From Candidatus Aenigmatarchaeota archaeon (GTDB lineage Archaea > Aenigmatarchaeota > Aenigmatarchaeia > PWEA01 > JACQIF01): DNA of 64,000 nucleotides. This document shows positions 8,172-17,139 of this stretch, one piece after another; position 1 is the stretch's first letter, and each line of letters starts with the position of its first letter. The notes below the pieces were generated by a model. That model was not told the origin of the DNA and ran no database searches. It saw nothing but the letters and a program-made list of their open reading frames with translations. The DNA lies in contig CP066684.1 in the NCBI GenBank assembly GCA_016432325.1, positions 384,001 through 448,000 on the forward strand, written 5' to 3'. The translations under genes and the position numbers were made by a program.

Positions 8172-8558
8172 GTGGCAAAACCGCGATCGAACAGACACCT
8201 GAAAATGAACGAACTCTTGCGTCAAGAAGGACCTATGTTCCACGACGACCTGTCAAAAGCACTCGGTATTAACACGGTCTCCCGCCTGTCTCAGGTGTTC
8301 ATGGATGGCAGGCTGGAAGGCCTGCATGTGGACCGCTTCCTCTACACAATAGGCAAGCAGTTTGGGATTTACTGGTCTACCGGCAACGGCTCTTACAATG
8401 AACGGATGGATAACGTTAACCGTGCCGATGCCGCGGATATGGTGGAACGCAGGATAGGCGCGCCGATAAAGGGCTACCGCGAAAGCCACTTTGCATATCT
8501 AATCCGCGGTCTCAAACGCACCGAAAGCGGCGTGTGGGTCGTGGATGAAGAAGCCTAA
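8172..8558 (+). CDS. Hypothetical protein, possible N-terminal HTH
   Basis: 128-aa ORF with own TATA; LLRQEGPMFHDDLSKALGI pattern. Confidence 0.55.
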   Translation: MAKPRSNRHLKMNELLRQEGPMFHDDLSKALGINTVSRLSQVFMDGRLEGLHVDRFLYTIGKQFGIYWSTGNGSYNERMDNVNRADAADMVERRIGAPIKGYRESHFAYLIRGLKRTESGVWVVDEEA

Positions 8559-8941
8559 GTCTCGTCAGCAAAGTCCTTGAGCGTCCGCTCACCAAGAAAC
8601 TTCTTCCTCGCGCCTTCCATCGTTCCGGATACGCCCAGAGAGTGGGGTATCACGCGGACGCCGCCTATGCTCGTTATCAGGGCCAGCGCGACGCGCACGT
8701 TCTCTACCTGCACATGGCCACAACGCACGAGGCCGCGCTGCCGCTTCTCGTCCCAGGCGTCCTTGACGAACCATACGTTCGTGCGCGCTGTCCCGAGCTC
8801 GCCCAGAAGAGTCAAAAGCGCATTCCAGAAGGCGTCCACTATCGCATCAAACCTGAGAGGCTTCTCGCTTATGATTTCAAAAGCCAGGTAGCGCTTCTTC
8901 TCGCGCAGGGTAGGAGGAAGCGTTTTCGGTTTGTCCGCCAT
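8555..8941 (-). CDS. rnp2: RNase P protein component 2 (Pop5/Rpp14)
   Basis: LPPTLREKKRYLAFEI, GELG, GVSGT. Confidence 0.95.
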   Translation of the reverse strand: MADKPKTLPPTLREKKRYLAFEIISEKPLRFDAIVDAFWNALLTLLGELGTARTNVWFVKDAWDEKRQRGLVRCGHVQVENVRVALALITSIGGVRVIPHSLGVSGTMEGARKKFLGERTLKDFADET

Positions 8942-8995
8942 TTACTGGTCACCTCTAATTCTTCCGAGCTGTAAAATTGAAACCGAAGGTTTCAT
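8942..8995 (-). other. Linker mini-ORF cassette MKPSVSILQLGRIRGDQ between rnp3 and rnp2
   Basis: TAA-t-ATGAAACCTTCGGTTTCAA...GAGGTGACCAGTAA-ATG. Confidence 0.7.
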
Positions 8996-8996
8996 A

Positions 8997-9704
8997 TTAC
9001 TCCTCGACCTCCACGCCCTTGTACAGTATCTTGCCTGCCAGCTTCTTCTTGTTCGCCTGCACGCGCGCCTCGCAGGTGTCGCTCACGGCGCGCATGGACT
9101 CCTCCAGGGTCAGCCCGAGAATCTGCGCCAGGGCCGCGAGTTCACGGGGATCGCGCAACCCCCACGCGTCCTTTGCGCCTGAAGTGACCACGATGGGCGT
9201 GCCGAACTCCTTGCAGAGCATCACGTTGCGTTCCATGTGGTTCAGGACGTGCGTGCGGACGCGCTTGTATGTCGTCAGAAGCTCCCCCATATTCAATTCG
9301 AGCGCAACGCCGTTCTGGGCCGCGCTCTGCGTGACCACGTGGTCTATGCCAGAGTCTACGCGCTTGAACTCGGGATGCGCTATGACGTCGACGCGGCCGT
9401 CTTCGGCCGCGGCCCTGTTTATCGCGTAGTCCCCGCCTGAAACAAGCACGAGCTCTGCGATTTCCCTGTACTTCGCAAGGGCGCGCTTCAGGGTCTTTAT
9501 CGAATCGGCCTGTATTTCCACGGCACCGACAAGCTCGAGGCCGCTTTTCTGCGAGGCGTCGCGCAGACGTTTCCTGAGCTCCCTGAAAGCGTCGAATTTC
9601 TGGTGGTATTCGACGACAGCGAGTCCTGAGAATCCGAGTGTCGCGGCTACCTCGACCGTCTTTTCCAGATCCTGCGCGTGAACGTGCAAGTCATAGAATT
9701 TCAT
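8997..9704 (-). CDS. rnp3: RNase P protein component 3 (Rpp30)
   Basis: MKFYDLHVH, GGDYAINRAA, DSGIDHV, SGAKDAWGLRDPREL; adjacent to Pop5. Confidence 0.93.
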   Translation of the reverse strand: MKFYDLHVHAQDLEKTVEVAATLGFSGLAVVEYHQKFDAFRELRKRLRDASQKSGLELVGAVEIQADSIKTLKRALAKYREIAELVLVSGGDYAINRAAAEDGRVDVIAHPEFKRVDSGIDHVVTQSAAQNGVALELNMGELLTTYKRVRTHVLNHMERNVMLCKEFGTPIVVTSGAKDAWGLRDPRELAALAQILGLTLEESMRAVSDTCEARVQANKKKLAGKILYKGVEVEE

Positions 9705-9923
9705 TCTATGTTTCCCTCACAGAGTTCGTGAACTCATAAATTTGCATACGTGCGGCTACCCCACAGATTGTTAATGTGAAGAGCCTCTTAAATAACCAAA
9801 AATCTGCCGGGAAACCTGTCCGATATCTTTTTATACTCGGATTGCAACGCATATAATTCTCAAACGCTTCGCGCAAGCGAGGAGAAAAAAAGGAAATGTC
9901 AGAAGAAGGCAATTCCACAGCGG

Positions 9924-9978
9924 AAGATTTTCGAACATCCTCGAGTGTTCGAAATACTTCGAACCGCCGGTTCGAAGA
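9924..9978 (+). repeat. Double-hairpin element, intergenic copy
   Basis: AAGATTTTCGAACA-TCCTCGAG-TGTTCGAAATACTTCGAA-CCGCCGG-TTCGAAGA. Confidence 0.85.
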
Positions 9979-10027
9979 GCACTGTAGTTTCATTCTAGAG
10001 CTCGGCATTTATTAAAGGTGAATTCTC

Positions 10028-10621
10028 ATGGTCAAACATCTCAAACTTGCTTCTCGACTCCAAGGTGCGTGGGAAACCGGACTGACCGGAGAAAAAATAT
10101 CCATAGGCTGCCGCGTTCCCAAGGAATTCTTCGTCACGAGCGGCGCGGGAGAGAGCGACATAACGATACACGCGGGCTCTTTCGACGAGGCGATGCGCGA
10201 CGCGGGAATAGAGAACTACAACCTGATGCACTACTCCTCCATAATGCCCGCGGGCGCGGTCGAAGTCGAGCGCCCGGAAGGCGCTGTGCACGGCTCCGTT
10301 CTGGAGACGATAATGGCCGTCTCCAACAGCGAGACAGGCGTGCGCGCCACGGCCGGCGTCGTGATGGGTTGGGTCTACGACAAGCGCACAGGCAAGAAGA
10401 TCGGAGGGCTCGTCGCGGAACACAACAGCCACGAAGACGAGGAGCACGCCGTGCGGATGCTGCGCGCGAGCGTAGAGAACATGTTCAAGAACAGATACGG
10501 CAACGAAGCGGAATTGCGAGACGTGCGCATCGTGACAAAGAGCATTGTGCCTGAAAAGCGCTATGGCACGGCCATGGTAGTCGTCGGTTTCACCAGTTAT
10601 GAAGTGCCTGTCCTGAATTAG
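10028..10621 (+). CDS. pdaD: Pyruvoyl-dependent arginine decarboxylase
   Basis: FVTSGAGES, SFDEAMRDAGIENYNLMHYSSIMP (Ser-Ser autocleavage site). Confidence 0.92.
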   Translation: MVKHLKLASRLQGAWETGLTGEKISIGCRVPKEFFVTSGAGESDITIHAGSFDEAMRDAGIENYNLMHYSSIMPAGAVEVERPEGAVHGSVLETIMAVSNSETGVRATAGVVMGWVYDKRTGKKIGGLVAEHNSHEDEEHAVRMLRASVENMFKNRYGNEAELRDVRIVTKSIVPEKRYGTAMVVVGFTSYEVPVLN

Positions 10622-10899
10622 TACCAGTCGACTTCGGGGCCTTTAACGTGTCTCTCCTGTTCGTGGGGCTGACAAGCCTTCTGGAGCTGGACCAGACTGA
10701 CGTGATGCATGGCCATAGCATAGGAGAACGCATCTATCTGTTTTAGCATCTCGGCAACCCGATATCCCAGATCTTCCATTTCCCCACTGGACACCGATGC
10801 GCGAGGACCATAGATAAACATGACTACGTCGCTAGCCGTAGTGCCTGTTTTGAGATTTTCGAAACCACAGTTTCGAATACTCAGAATCGGCGCATTCAT
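10618..10899 (-). CDS. Hypothetical 93-aa ORF whose N-terminus is element-derived
   Basis: ATGA overlap with the rpl15e stop; no recognisable motif. Confidence 0.4.
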   Translation of the reverse strand: MNAPILSIRNCGFENLKTGTTASDVVMFIYGPRASVSSGEMEDLGYRVAEMLKQIDAFSYAMAMHHVSLVQLQKACQPHEQERHVKGPEVDWY

Positions 10900-10919
10900 C
10901 CATAGTGCCGATTCTGAGA
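10832..10919 (-). repeat. Synonymously recoded duplication of the rpl15e 3' end around a double hairpin
   Basis: TCT CAG AAT CGG CAC TAT GGA TGA vs TCT CAA AAC AGG CAC TAC GGC TAG. Confidence 0.9.
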
Positions 10920-11465
10920 CGGGCGCACTTTCTCCGCGCCTTTGCCGACGCTTCTCATGCCGCGCGACTTCCTTCCCGCAGACGTCAAGCCACGGAATAC
11001 GCGCCCCCTATTGGCTCCGTCAACGACCCACGAGACGTCACGGTCGCTGCGCACCGCCGGATGCGAATAGTCGACGAGAACAATCTCATACCACTCGCTC
11101 TTGCCGTCGCGGCCGACCCAGTATGAATTCAGGACTTCCAGATTGACAAACTTCTTCGCGGCGCGCTCTTCGGCAATCCACTGGTGCGACTTCTTCGGAG
11201 TTGCCCAGCGGCCCATGCTCCTCGGTTTGCGACCGCCCGACCAAGAGGGCTTCTTGCGGCCGCCGACATCGACGCGCACGCGCGCCATGACAAAGCCGGA
11301 CTTCGCCTTGTAGCCCAGCGCACGCGCGCGGTCTATCCGGGTGGGACGTTCGATGCGCGTAACTGTGTTTTCGGAACGCCATTTGATAAGTCTCTGTTTC
11401 CAAAGCTCTCCGAGCGCTTCTTGCGGCTTGTTCCATTTCTCTGCCACATACTTGTAGAATCCCAT
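10896..11465 (-). CDS. rpl15e: 50S ribosomal protein L15e
   Basis: [41 protein letters not shown]; ATG 11465 after SD GAGGTG. Confidence 0.98.
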   Translation of the reverse strand: MGFYKYVAEKWNKPQEALGELWKQRLIKWRSENTVTRIERPTRIDRARALGYKAKSGFVMARVRVDVGGRKKPSWSGGRKPRSMGRWATPKKSHQWIAEERAAKKFVNLEVLNSYWVGRDGKSEWYEIVLVDYSHPAVRSDRDVSWVVDGANRGRVFRGLTSAGRKSRGMRSVGKGAEKVRPSQNRHYG

Positions 11466-11477
11466 CGTATACACCTC

Positions 11478-11525
11478 TTTTGGTTTGCGACCAATCCTTC
11501 AGGCGTGCACGCCCACATCGGAGGT
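11478..11525 (-). promoter_or_regulatory. Structured 5' leader of rpl15e (candidate r-protein leader)
   Basis: TCCGATGT-GGGCGTGCACGCC-TGAAGGA K-turn-like hairpin plus TTGGT-CGCAA-ACCAA hairpin next to the SD. Confidence 0.5.
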
Positions 11526-11578
11526 TTAGTGTAGTGAAAACCCAAGCTTTATATAGACGGCGGGACGTAGCAAAAACC

Positions 11579-11645
11579 ATGGGAGCCGCATGAAACTGAA
11601 GTTTCAAAGCTCCCATGAAGAATTGGTGATGTCATGGGAGCCGCG
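11579..11645 (+). repeat. Start-duplication hairpin cassette
   Basis: ATGGGAGCCGCA-TGAAACTGAAGTTTCAAA-GCTCCCATGA...GGTGA...ATGGGAGCCGCG, period 55. Confidence 0.88.
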
Positions 11646-11849
11646 CTGAAGTTCGTGTTCGGGCTTGTCTTGCTTCTTGTGGGACTCTACCTGATCGCGC
11701 CGATCGAGATACTCTCCAAACCTGCGCTGTTCGACTGGTACGGACCGTTCGTGGCTTTGGCCAAGGGCGCGATACCTCCTTTCCTCATACTGCTCGGCAC
11801 GCTCATCGTGTGGATTGAAGGCGAAGAGCTGAAGAGCGGGAAGAAGTAA
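11634..11849 (+). CDS. Small 2-TM membrane protein
   Basis: Two hydrophobic helices; WIEGEELK tail. Confidence 0.8.
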   Translation: MGAALKFVFGLVLLLVGLYLIAPIEILSKPALFDWYGPFVALAKGAIPPFLILLGTLIVWIEGEELKSGKK

Positions 11850-11888
11850 GAGGTATAAATCCTTTATTGTCGTATTCTCCGTGTAACC

Positions 11889-13007
11889 ATGATATATGCA
11901 GATTCTGGAGTTGACATCGAACTCGGGGACGACGTGTCGAAGGTTCTTTACGAGGCGGCAAAGCATACATGGAACAACCGCAAGGGCCGTCTTGGAGAAG
12001 TCGTGGAACTTTTCGAAGATTTCTCGGGCCTAAGAGCCGTCAACGTAGGCGGTCTTCCAGCAGACGCGTACATGAGCCTGGGATTCGATGGTGTCGGAAC
12101 CAAGATGGAAATCGGCGAGAGGATATCAAAGCACGATACGGTCGCCTATGACCTGTTCGCGATGGTGTGCGACGACGCCGTCGTGCGCGGTGCCGAGCCA
12201 GTTCTTATCGGCTCCATTCTCGATGTCCGCAGCCTCGGGGAAGAAGACAATTCTTACATGAAGTTTGTCAAGCAGCTCGCCACTGGATACATAGGCGCCG
12301 CCAAGGAGGCCAACGTCGCCGTAGTCAATGGAGAAGTCGCCGAGCTCGGCGCGCGCGTCAGCGGTTACGGGTCTTTCAACTACAACTGGGGAGCCGGCGT
12401 CGCCTGGTTCGCCAGAAGGAACCGAATGTTCACGGGCCGTGAAATAGTGGAAGGCGACTATCTCGTCGGCCTCCGTGAAGAAGGATTCAGGTCCAACGGA
12501 CTGTCGCTCGTAAGGAGGATTATGAAAAAGGCGCACGGCGATGACTGGCACGAGGAGAAGCACAACGGCAAGAATTTGGCCGAACTCGCCCTTCATCCCT
12601 CCCGCATTTACACTGGCGCGGCCGTCGAAATGTTTGGAGGATTTGACTGGAAACCTCGAGCGTCCGTCCACGGAATCGCGCATATAACAGGTGGCGGTGT
12701 CCCTGGCAAACTCGGAAGGGTTCTAAAGCCCAGAGGCTTGGGCGCGAACATAACAGACCCGTTTGAGCCGGCGGACCTAATGCTCCACTGCCAGGAGATT
12801 GGAGATGTAACGGACGCAGAAGCCTACAGAACCTGGAATATGGGACAGGGCATGATAGTCATAACAGACGAACCAGAAGACGTCGAACGTGTTGCCAAGA
12901 AGCGCCGGATAAACGCTAGGCGCATAGGCAGAGTATCCGCACGACCGGGCATACAGATAGCGAGCAAGGGACTAAACGCGAAAAAAGACGGCGTACTCTC
13001 GTTCTGA
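11889..13007 (+). CDS. purM: AIR synthase (PurM) family protein
   Basis: YADSGVDI, DGVGTK, GEVAEL, GFRSNGLSLVR, HITGGG, TWNMGQG. Confidence 0.88.
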   Translation: MIYADSGVDIELGDDVSKVLYEAAKHTWNNRKGRLGEVVELFEDFSGLRAVNVGGLPADAYMSLGFDGVGTKMEIGERISKHDTVAYDLFAMVCDDAVVRGAEPVLIGSILDVRSLGEEDNSYMKFVKQLATGYIGAAKEANVAVVNGEVAELGARVSGYGSFNYNWGAGVAWFARRNRMFTGREIVEGDYLVGLREEGFRSNGLSLVRRIMKKAHGDDWHEEKHNGKNLAELALHPSRIYTGAAVEMFGGFDWKPRASVHGIAHITGGGVPGKLGRVLKPRGLGANITDPFEPADLMLHCQEIGDVTDAEAYRTWNMGQGMIVITDEPEDVERVAKKRRINARRIGRVSARPGIQIASKGLNAKKDGVLSF

Positions 13008-13063
13008 CGGAATAGCGGCACGCCACACGTTCGGCTTATTATCTTTCTCTGCATAATGTTTCT

Positions 13064-14353
13064 ATGAAAGTCATTCCCGCGTCCCTGTGCGTCCGCTGCA
13101 AAGGCGGCAAGAATCTATGCGGTCTCGGTTACTGCCCCCTTCTCTCGCGCGTCCGGCTGAAGCCCACGTTCGACGCAACGCTCAAGGAGGAGTTCTTCGG
13201 TCCCAGCACGAACGTCTTTGTCGGGAGGTACGGCTACCCGCGCGTCAACGTCGGGCCTCTCAGCGTCATACAGATGGGCGATACCGACATGGACGTGATA
13301 GATGACCCTTCCAAATGGTTCGGGATGCCTTATCAGAAAATAATAGAGATGCGCTCCCTGATGATGCGTTCTGAGAAAAGAAACGAAGTCCGCGCGCGTA
13401 CGCGCTACGTGGAGGAAAACCAGTTGCTCGCTCTCGCGCAGAAGCCCGTGGACGTCGAACTCCATTTCAAGAAGAAACCCGTCTACAAGATGGACTTCTC
13501 CGACGTACACCAGCCGATGGGCCCGAGCGCGCGGCTGCAGGAGATGAAGATTGCCGGAAACGTAAGCGTGTCTCGCGCCGTCGAAGGCGTAACGAACGAC
13601 GAGTTGAAGGCGCGCGAAGCGATGGTAACGCTTTACCAGAAGGACGAGAGCGTCTACAAGATAATGGCCGTGCTTTCCTCAGGCGCGCTGGGCGTGCGCG
13701 ACAAGAAGCTCGTGCCGACGAGGTGGTCCATAACGGCGGTCGACGACACGCTGTCGAAGCACCTGCTCCAAAGCGTGCGGACGTACGCGCCGATAAACGA
13801 GTATCGCGTTTACGAGTCAGAATTCCTTTACAACCGTTTGTGCGTGCTCCTCGCGCCGGGCTCGTGGGAGTACGAAGCGTTCGAATCGTGGGCGCCTGGC
13901 TCGATGTGGGCGCGTTTCGCCAAGGAGTACTACATCATAGAGGAGTACGAATCGCATGAGGGTCGCAGCGACTACGCGGACGAGATGGGAGGATGCTACT
14001 ATTCGACTCGGCTGGCCGTGGCCGAAGCGCTCGCCGCGGAACGCCGACAGGCCCGTTGCATAGCCTTCCGCGAGGTGGACGACGGTTACATAATTCCGGT
14101 TGGGGTGTGGCAGGTCCGCGAGAACGTAAGAAACGCGATGCGCTCGGCGCCGCGGCGCTTCGCCACTCTCGAAGAAGCGTTAACGTACATACAAACCAGG
14201 ATGAAGATTCCTATGGACGCGTACAAGAAGCGGTCGCGCATTCTTGTGCAAAAGAGGCTGTCGGACTTCACGAGCAAAAGAGTGAAGCCCGAAACGGCAA
14301 CTTGGGAGGATTCCGTATCAATTGCACGAAGCGAACCGAGAAGCCTTAAATAA
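13064..14353 (+). CDS. nreA: Nre family DNA repair protein
   Basis: N-terminal CVRCKGGKNLCGLGYCP, LVPTRWSITAVD, PVGVWQVRENVR, PIP-box QKRLSDF. Confidence 0.93.
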   Translation: MKVIPASLCVRCKGGKNLCGLGYCPLLSRVRLKPTFDATLKEEFFGPSTNVFVGRYGYPRVNVGPLSVIQMGDTDMDVIDDPSKWFGMPYQKIIEMRSLMMRSEKRNEVRARTRYVEENQLLALAQKPVDVELHFKKKPVYKMDFSDVHQPMGPSARLQEMKIAGNVSVSRAVEGVTNDELKAREAMVTLYQKDESVYKIMAVLSSGALGVRDKKLVPTRWSITAVDDTLSKHLLQSVRTYAPINEYRVYESEFLYNRLCVLLAPGSWEYEAFESWAPGSMWARFAKEYYIIEEYESHEGRSDYADEMGGCYYSTRLAVAEALAAERRQARCIAFREVDDGYIIPVGVWQVRENVRNAMRSAPRRFATLEEALTYIQTRMKIPMDAYKKRSRILVQKRLSDFTSKRVKPETATWEDSVSIARSEPRSLK

Positions 14354-14373
14354 GTTCCCTCGCATTCACACTC

Positions 14374-15324
14374 ATGGAGTTCTTCGCCGACAAGTCATAC
14401 GTGAGCCGTCTCCTGACAAACGCCGACAGGCCCGCATACGCCGTTGACGTGAACGGCCTGCTGGCGCCCCAGGGAAAAATGGCCGAACGCACGACTCTGT
14501 TGGCGTATTATAAAAAGATCGGCAGGAGCACGCTGGACGACGCCGTGATGAAGTTCCCGAGGAGTATGCTCATACGGGCTGGTCTTGTCAAGCCTTCGAG
14601 GGAAGAGCTGGAGATACTCGACCTCTACTACAAGAAGAGCGGCGTCTCCAAGAAGCGGGCCGTGTATGGCGACGCGCTCGACCCTACTCTCCAGTTGATG
14701 GGAGACGCGGCGCTGTTTCTCAGAGGCGAGCCCGCCGAACTGCTCGAAAGGGACATCAACGTGGGTTTCGTGATGAGCGCCATGTACGAAGAATCCAAGC
14801 CGTTCATAGAGGAGATAAGAAGCATCCCGCGAACGCGAGCCATGTTCGTCTCAGGAGGCACCCCCGGCCAGATAGTCCGGAGGATGGCAGAGGCGTGGCG
14901 TTACGACGACTATATCGCACCCGCACTGGAGATTAAGAACGGCAGGTTCACAGGACGATTCGAAGGCAGCTACCAGGATGCAATAAACCTGAGACTCTCA
15001 CGCGCCCTCTGGGAAGACGAGCAGCTGAGAGGAAAGGTCGAAGAAGTCCATCCTGACATGCTCGTCCTGTGGGGCCACGACGAGGAGGATGTGGAGAAAA
15101 GAGCCTTCCTTGACAAGCTGAACGAACCGAACAACTACGTTCTTTTCGGCGTCAGGCCCTATGCCAAAGGCGTTCCGAGAAAGATTCTCAAGAAAGAGGA
15201 AGAGGCATTTGACAGGATTGCCGGCGGATTCGACGTGGTTTTCGACGACCTTCCCGAAGCGACGAGCTTTCTGCACGAAATACGCATGGAGATACACAAG
15301 AAGGACGCGGCCGTAAAGCACTGA
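14374..15324 (+). CDS. Divergent HAD-superfamily (SerB-like) protein
   Basis: AVDVNGLL (degenerate motif I), VSGG, LEIKNGRFTG. Confidence 0.55.
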   Translation: MEFFADKSYVSRLLTNADRPAYAVDVNGLLAPQGKMAERTTLLAYYKKIGRSTLDDAVMKFPRSMLIRAGLVKPSREELEILDLYYKKSGVSKKRAVYGDALDPTLQLMGDAALFLRGEPAELLERDINVGFVMSAMYEESKPFIEEIRSIPRTRAMFVSGGTPGQIVRRMAEAWRYDDYIAPALEIKNGRFTGRFEGSYQDAINLRLSRALWEDEQLRGKVEEVHPDMLVLWGHDEEDVEKRAFLDKLNEPNNYVLFGVRPYAKGVPRKILKKEEEAFDRIAGGFDVVFDDLPEATSFLHEIRMEIHKKDAAVKH

Positions 15325-16512
15325 TCACTTCGCCGCCGAAATTATCTCCACCACGTCCCCGTGCTTCAGCGCGTGCTCGCGACCGATGCGCTGGCGCGTG
15401 CGCACGTCCATCGCGTACAGGAAGTTCTTGGCGAAGTCCGTGTGTATGCGCGCGGCGAAATCATAAGCCGTCGTGCCGGGCGGCATCAGGAAACAGTCCG
15501 GCATCACTCGTCCTTCCGAATCCTCCAGCTTCCCGATGCCCCCGGGGAATATCGCGATATACTTCAGGAAATCGAAGACCGCGCGGTCGAGAACGTCCTG
15601 AACGCCTGTGGAACCGAAGCGGGCGAGCAGACTTTGTATCTTGTCAAGAGCCTCTTTCTGTTTCGTGTTGAGCTGCTTCTTTGTTTCGAACTTCCCCTCT
15701 CCCGGGTGGTATTCGACCAGCTCTCTCTTCGCCGCCTCGCGCAGCGCGAGTTCGGCGTCCGCGGCGCACGCTATTATCGTGTACGACGGGAACGCGTCGC
15801 GAAGGCGTTCAAGATTCTTCTCCGAGTCCGGCATGTCCATCTTGTTCGCGGCAATGAGAATCGGCTTCGTCTTCTTGCGCAGCTCTGTGGCGACGGTCTT
15901 CAGCTCCTCTTCTGTCCACTTGTCTATAGTCTTCTCGTGCAGGCGTGTTTTGTGCATGACGTCCTTGACGTGCTCGTCTGTGACGCGGAACGCGCCCATC
16001 TGTTTGACGAGCGTAGCCTCTGTCTTCTCTTTCGTCTGCACCGCGGTGCGCGCGAGCTTGTCCCAGCCTTTCTTCAGGATGCCGAGATACCAGAGGTCTA
16101 TTTCCTCTTCGAGGAAGCGCACGTCGTTGACAGGATCGTATCCCGTCGTCGCCTCGCCACGTTCATTCGTCATGCCGGAGGCATCGACGATATGCACCAG
16201 AACGTCGGCCTGGTTCAAATCGTTCAAAAACTGGTTCCCCAGTCCTTTCCCTTCGTGCGCGCCTGGCACGAGCCCTGCGACGTCTAGTAGTTCCACAGGC
16301 ACGTACCGCGTGCCGTCCTTGCAGTAACCGAAACGCGGGTTGCACTGCACTCCGAGGTCGCGGTCCGAGCACTTGACGCGCACGTAGCCGACGCCGCGGT
16401 TGGGTTTTATCGTGGTGAACGAGTAAGATGCGATCGCCACGTCTGCAAGCGTGACGGCCTTGAAGAACGTGCTCTTGCCGCACGAAGGCTTTCCTACGAT
16501 ACCGATGAGCAT
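15325..16512 (-). CDS. ychF: Redox-regulated ATPase YchF (archaeal, OBG family)
   Basis: GKPSCGKST, FTTIKPN, DVAGLVPGAHEGKGLGNQFL, ANKMD, TGS domain. Confidence 0.95.
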   Translation of the reverse strand: MLIGIVGKPSCGKSTFFKAVTLADVAIASYSFTTIKPNRGVGYVRVKCSDRDLGVQCNPRFGYCKDGTRYVPVELLDVAGLVPGAHEGKGLGNQFLNDLNQADVLVHIVDASGMTNERGEATTGYDPVNDVRFLEEEIDLWYLGILKKGWDKLARTAVQTKEKTEATLVKQMGAFRVTDEHVKDVMHKTRLHEKTIDKWTEEELKTVATELRKKTKPILIAANKMDMPDSEKNLERLRDAFPSYTIIACAADAELALREAAKRELVEYHPGEGKFETKKQLNTKQKEALDKIQSLLARFGSTGVQDVLDRAVFDFLKYIAIFPGGIGKLEDSEGRVMPDCFLMPPGTTAYDFAARIHTDFAKNFLYAMDVRTRQRIGREHALKHGDVVEIISAAK

Positions 16513-16563
16513 ACACGACGTTCTGACGTCGATTATTTAAGCGATTGTTGAACAAGCATACGC

Positions 16564-17139
16564 ATGTGGCTAGTCGACGTCTTCCACAAGATGCGGCGCG
16601 GACCTCAGATTCTGACGCAGAAGGACATAGGACTCATACTCGGGATGACAGGCGTGTCGAGCCCGTGGCGCGTGGTCGAGGCCGGCTCAGGCTCAGGCGC
16701 GCTCACGATGTTTCTGGCGAATGCAGTGCAGCCCAAAGGTCGCGTCTACTCATACGACTGGCGCAGCGAACACCAGGAGATCGCCAAGGAGAACGTCAAA
16801 CGCGCCGGGCTCACGAAATACGTGGAGTTCATTCACGGCGACATCGCCGCAGGAATCGAACAAAAGGACGTTGACATGGTTGTTCTGGATTTGGCAGAAC
16901 CTTGGCTGGTAGTGCCGCATGCCGAACGCGCACTGAAGGAAGGGAGCTTCTTCGTGTCTTACGTGCCGACGTTCGAGCAGATGAAGGAAACAGTGACGAC
17001 GCTCAGAGGCCACAGGTTCACGCGAGCGAAGGCGTACGACTATTCGATGCGCGAGTATCAAGTGGAAGAGAACGCCACGCGGCCCGAGAACATGGGCCTC
17101 GTGCACACAGGATTCCTTATATTCGCACGAAGAATCTAG
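16564..17139 (+). CDS. trmI: tRNA (adenine-N1)-methyltransferase, catalytic domain only
   Basis: RGPQILTQKD, EAGSGSG, LDLAEPW, TRP...HTGFL. Confidence 0.88.
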   Translation: MWLVDVFHKMRRGPQILTQKDIGLILGMTGVSSPWRVVEAGSGSGALTMFLANAVQPKGRVYSYDWRSEHQEIAKENVKRAGLTKYVEFIHGDIAAGIEQKDVDMVVLDLAEPWLVVPHAERALKEGSFFVSYVPTFEQMKETVTTLRGHRFTRAKAYDYSMREYQVEENATRPENMGLVHTGFLIFARRI

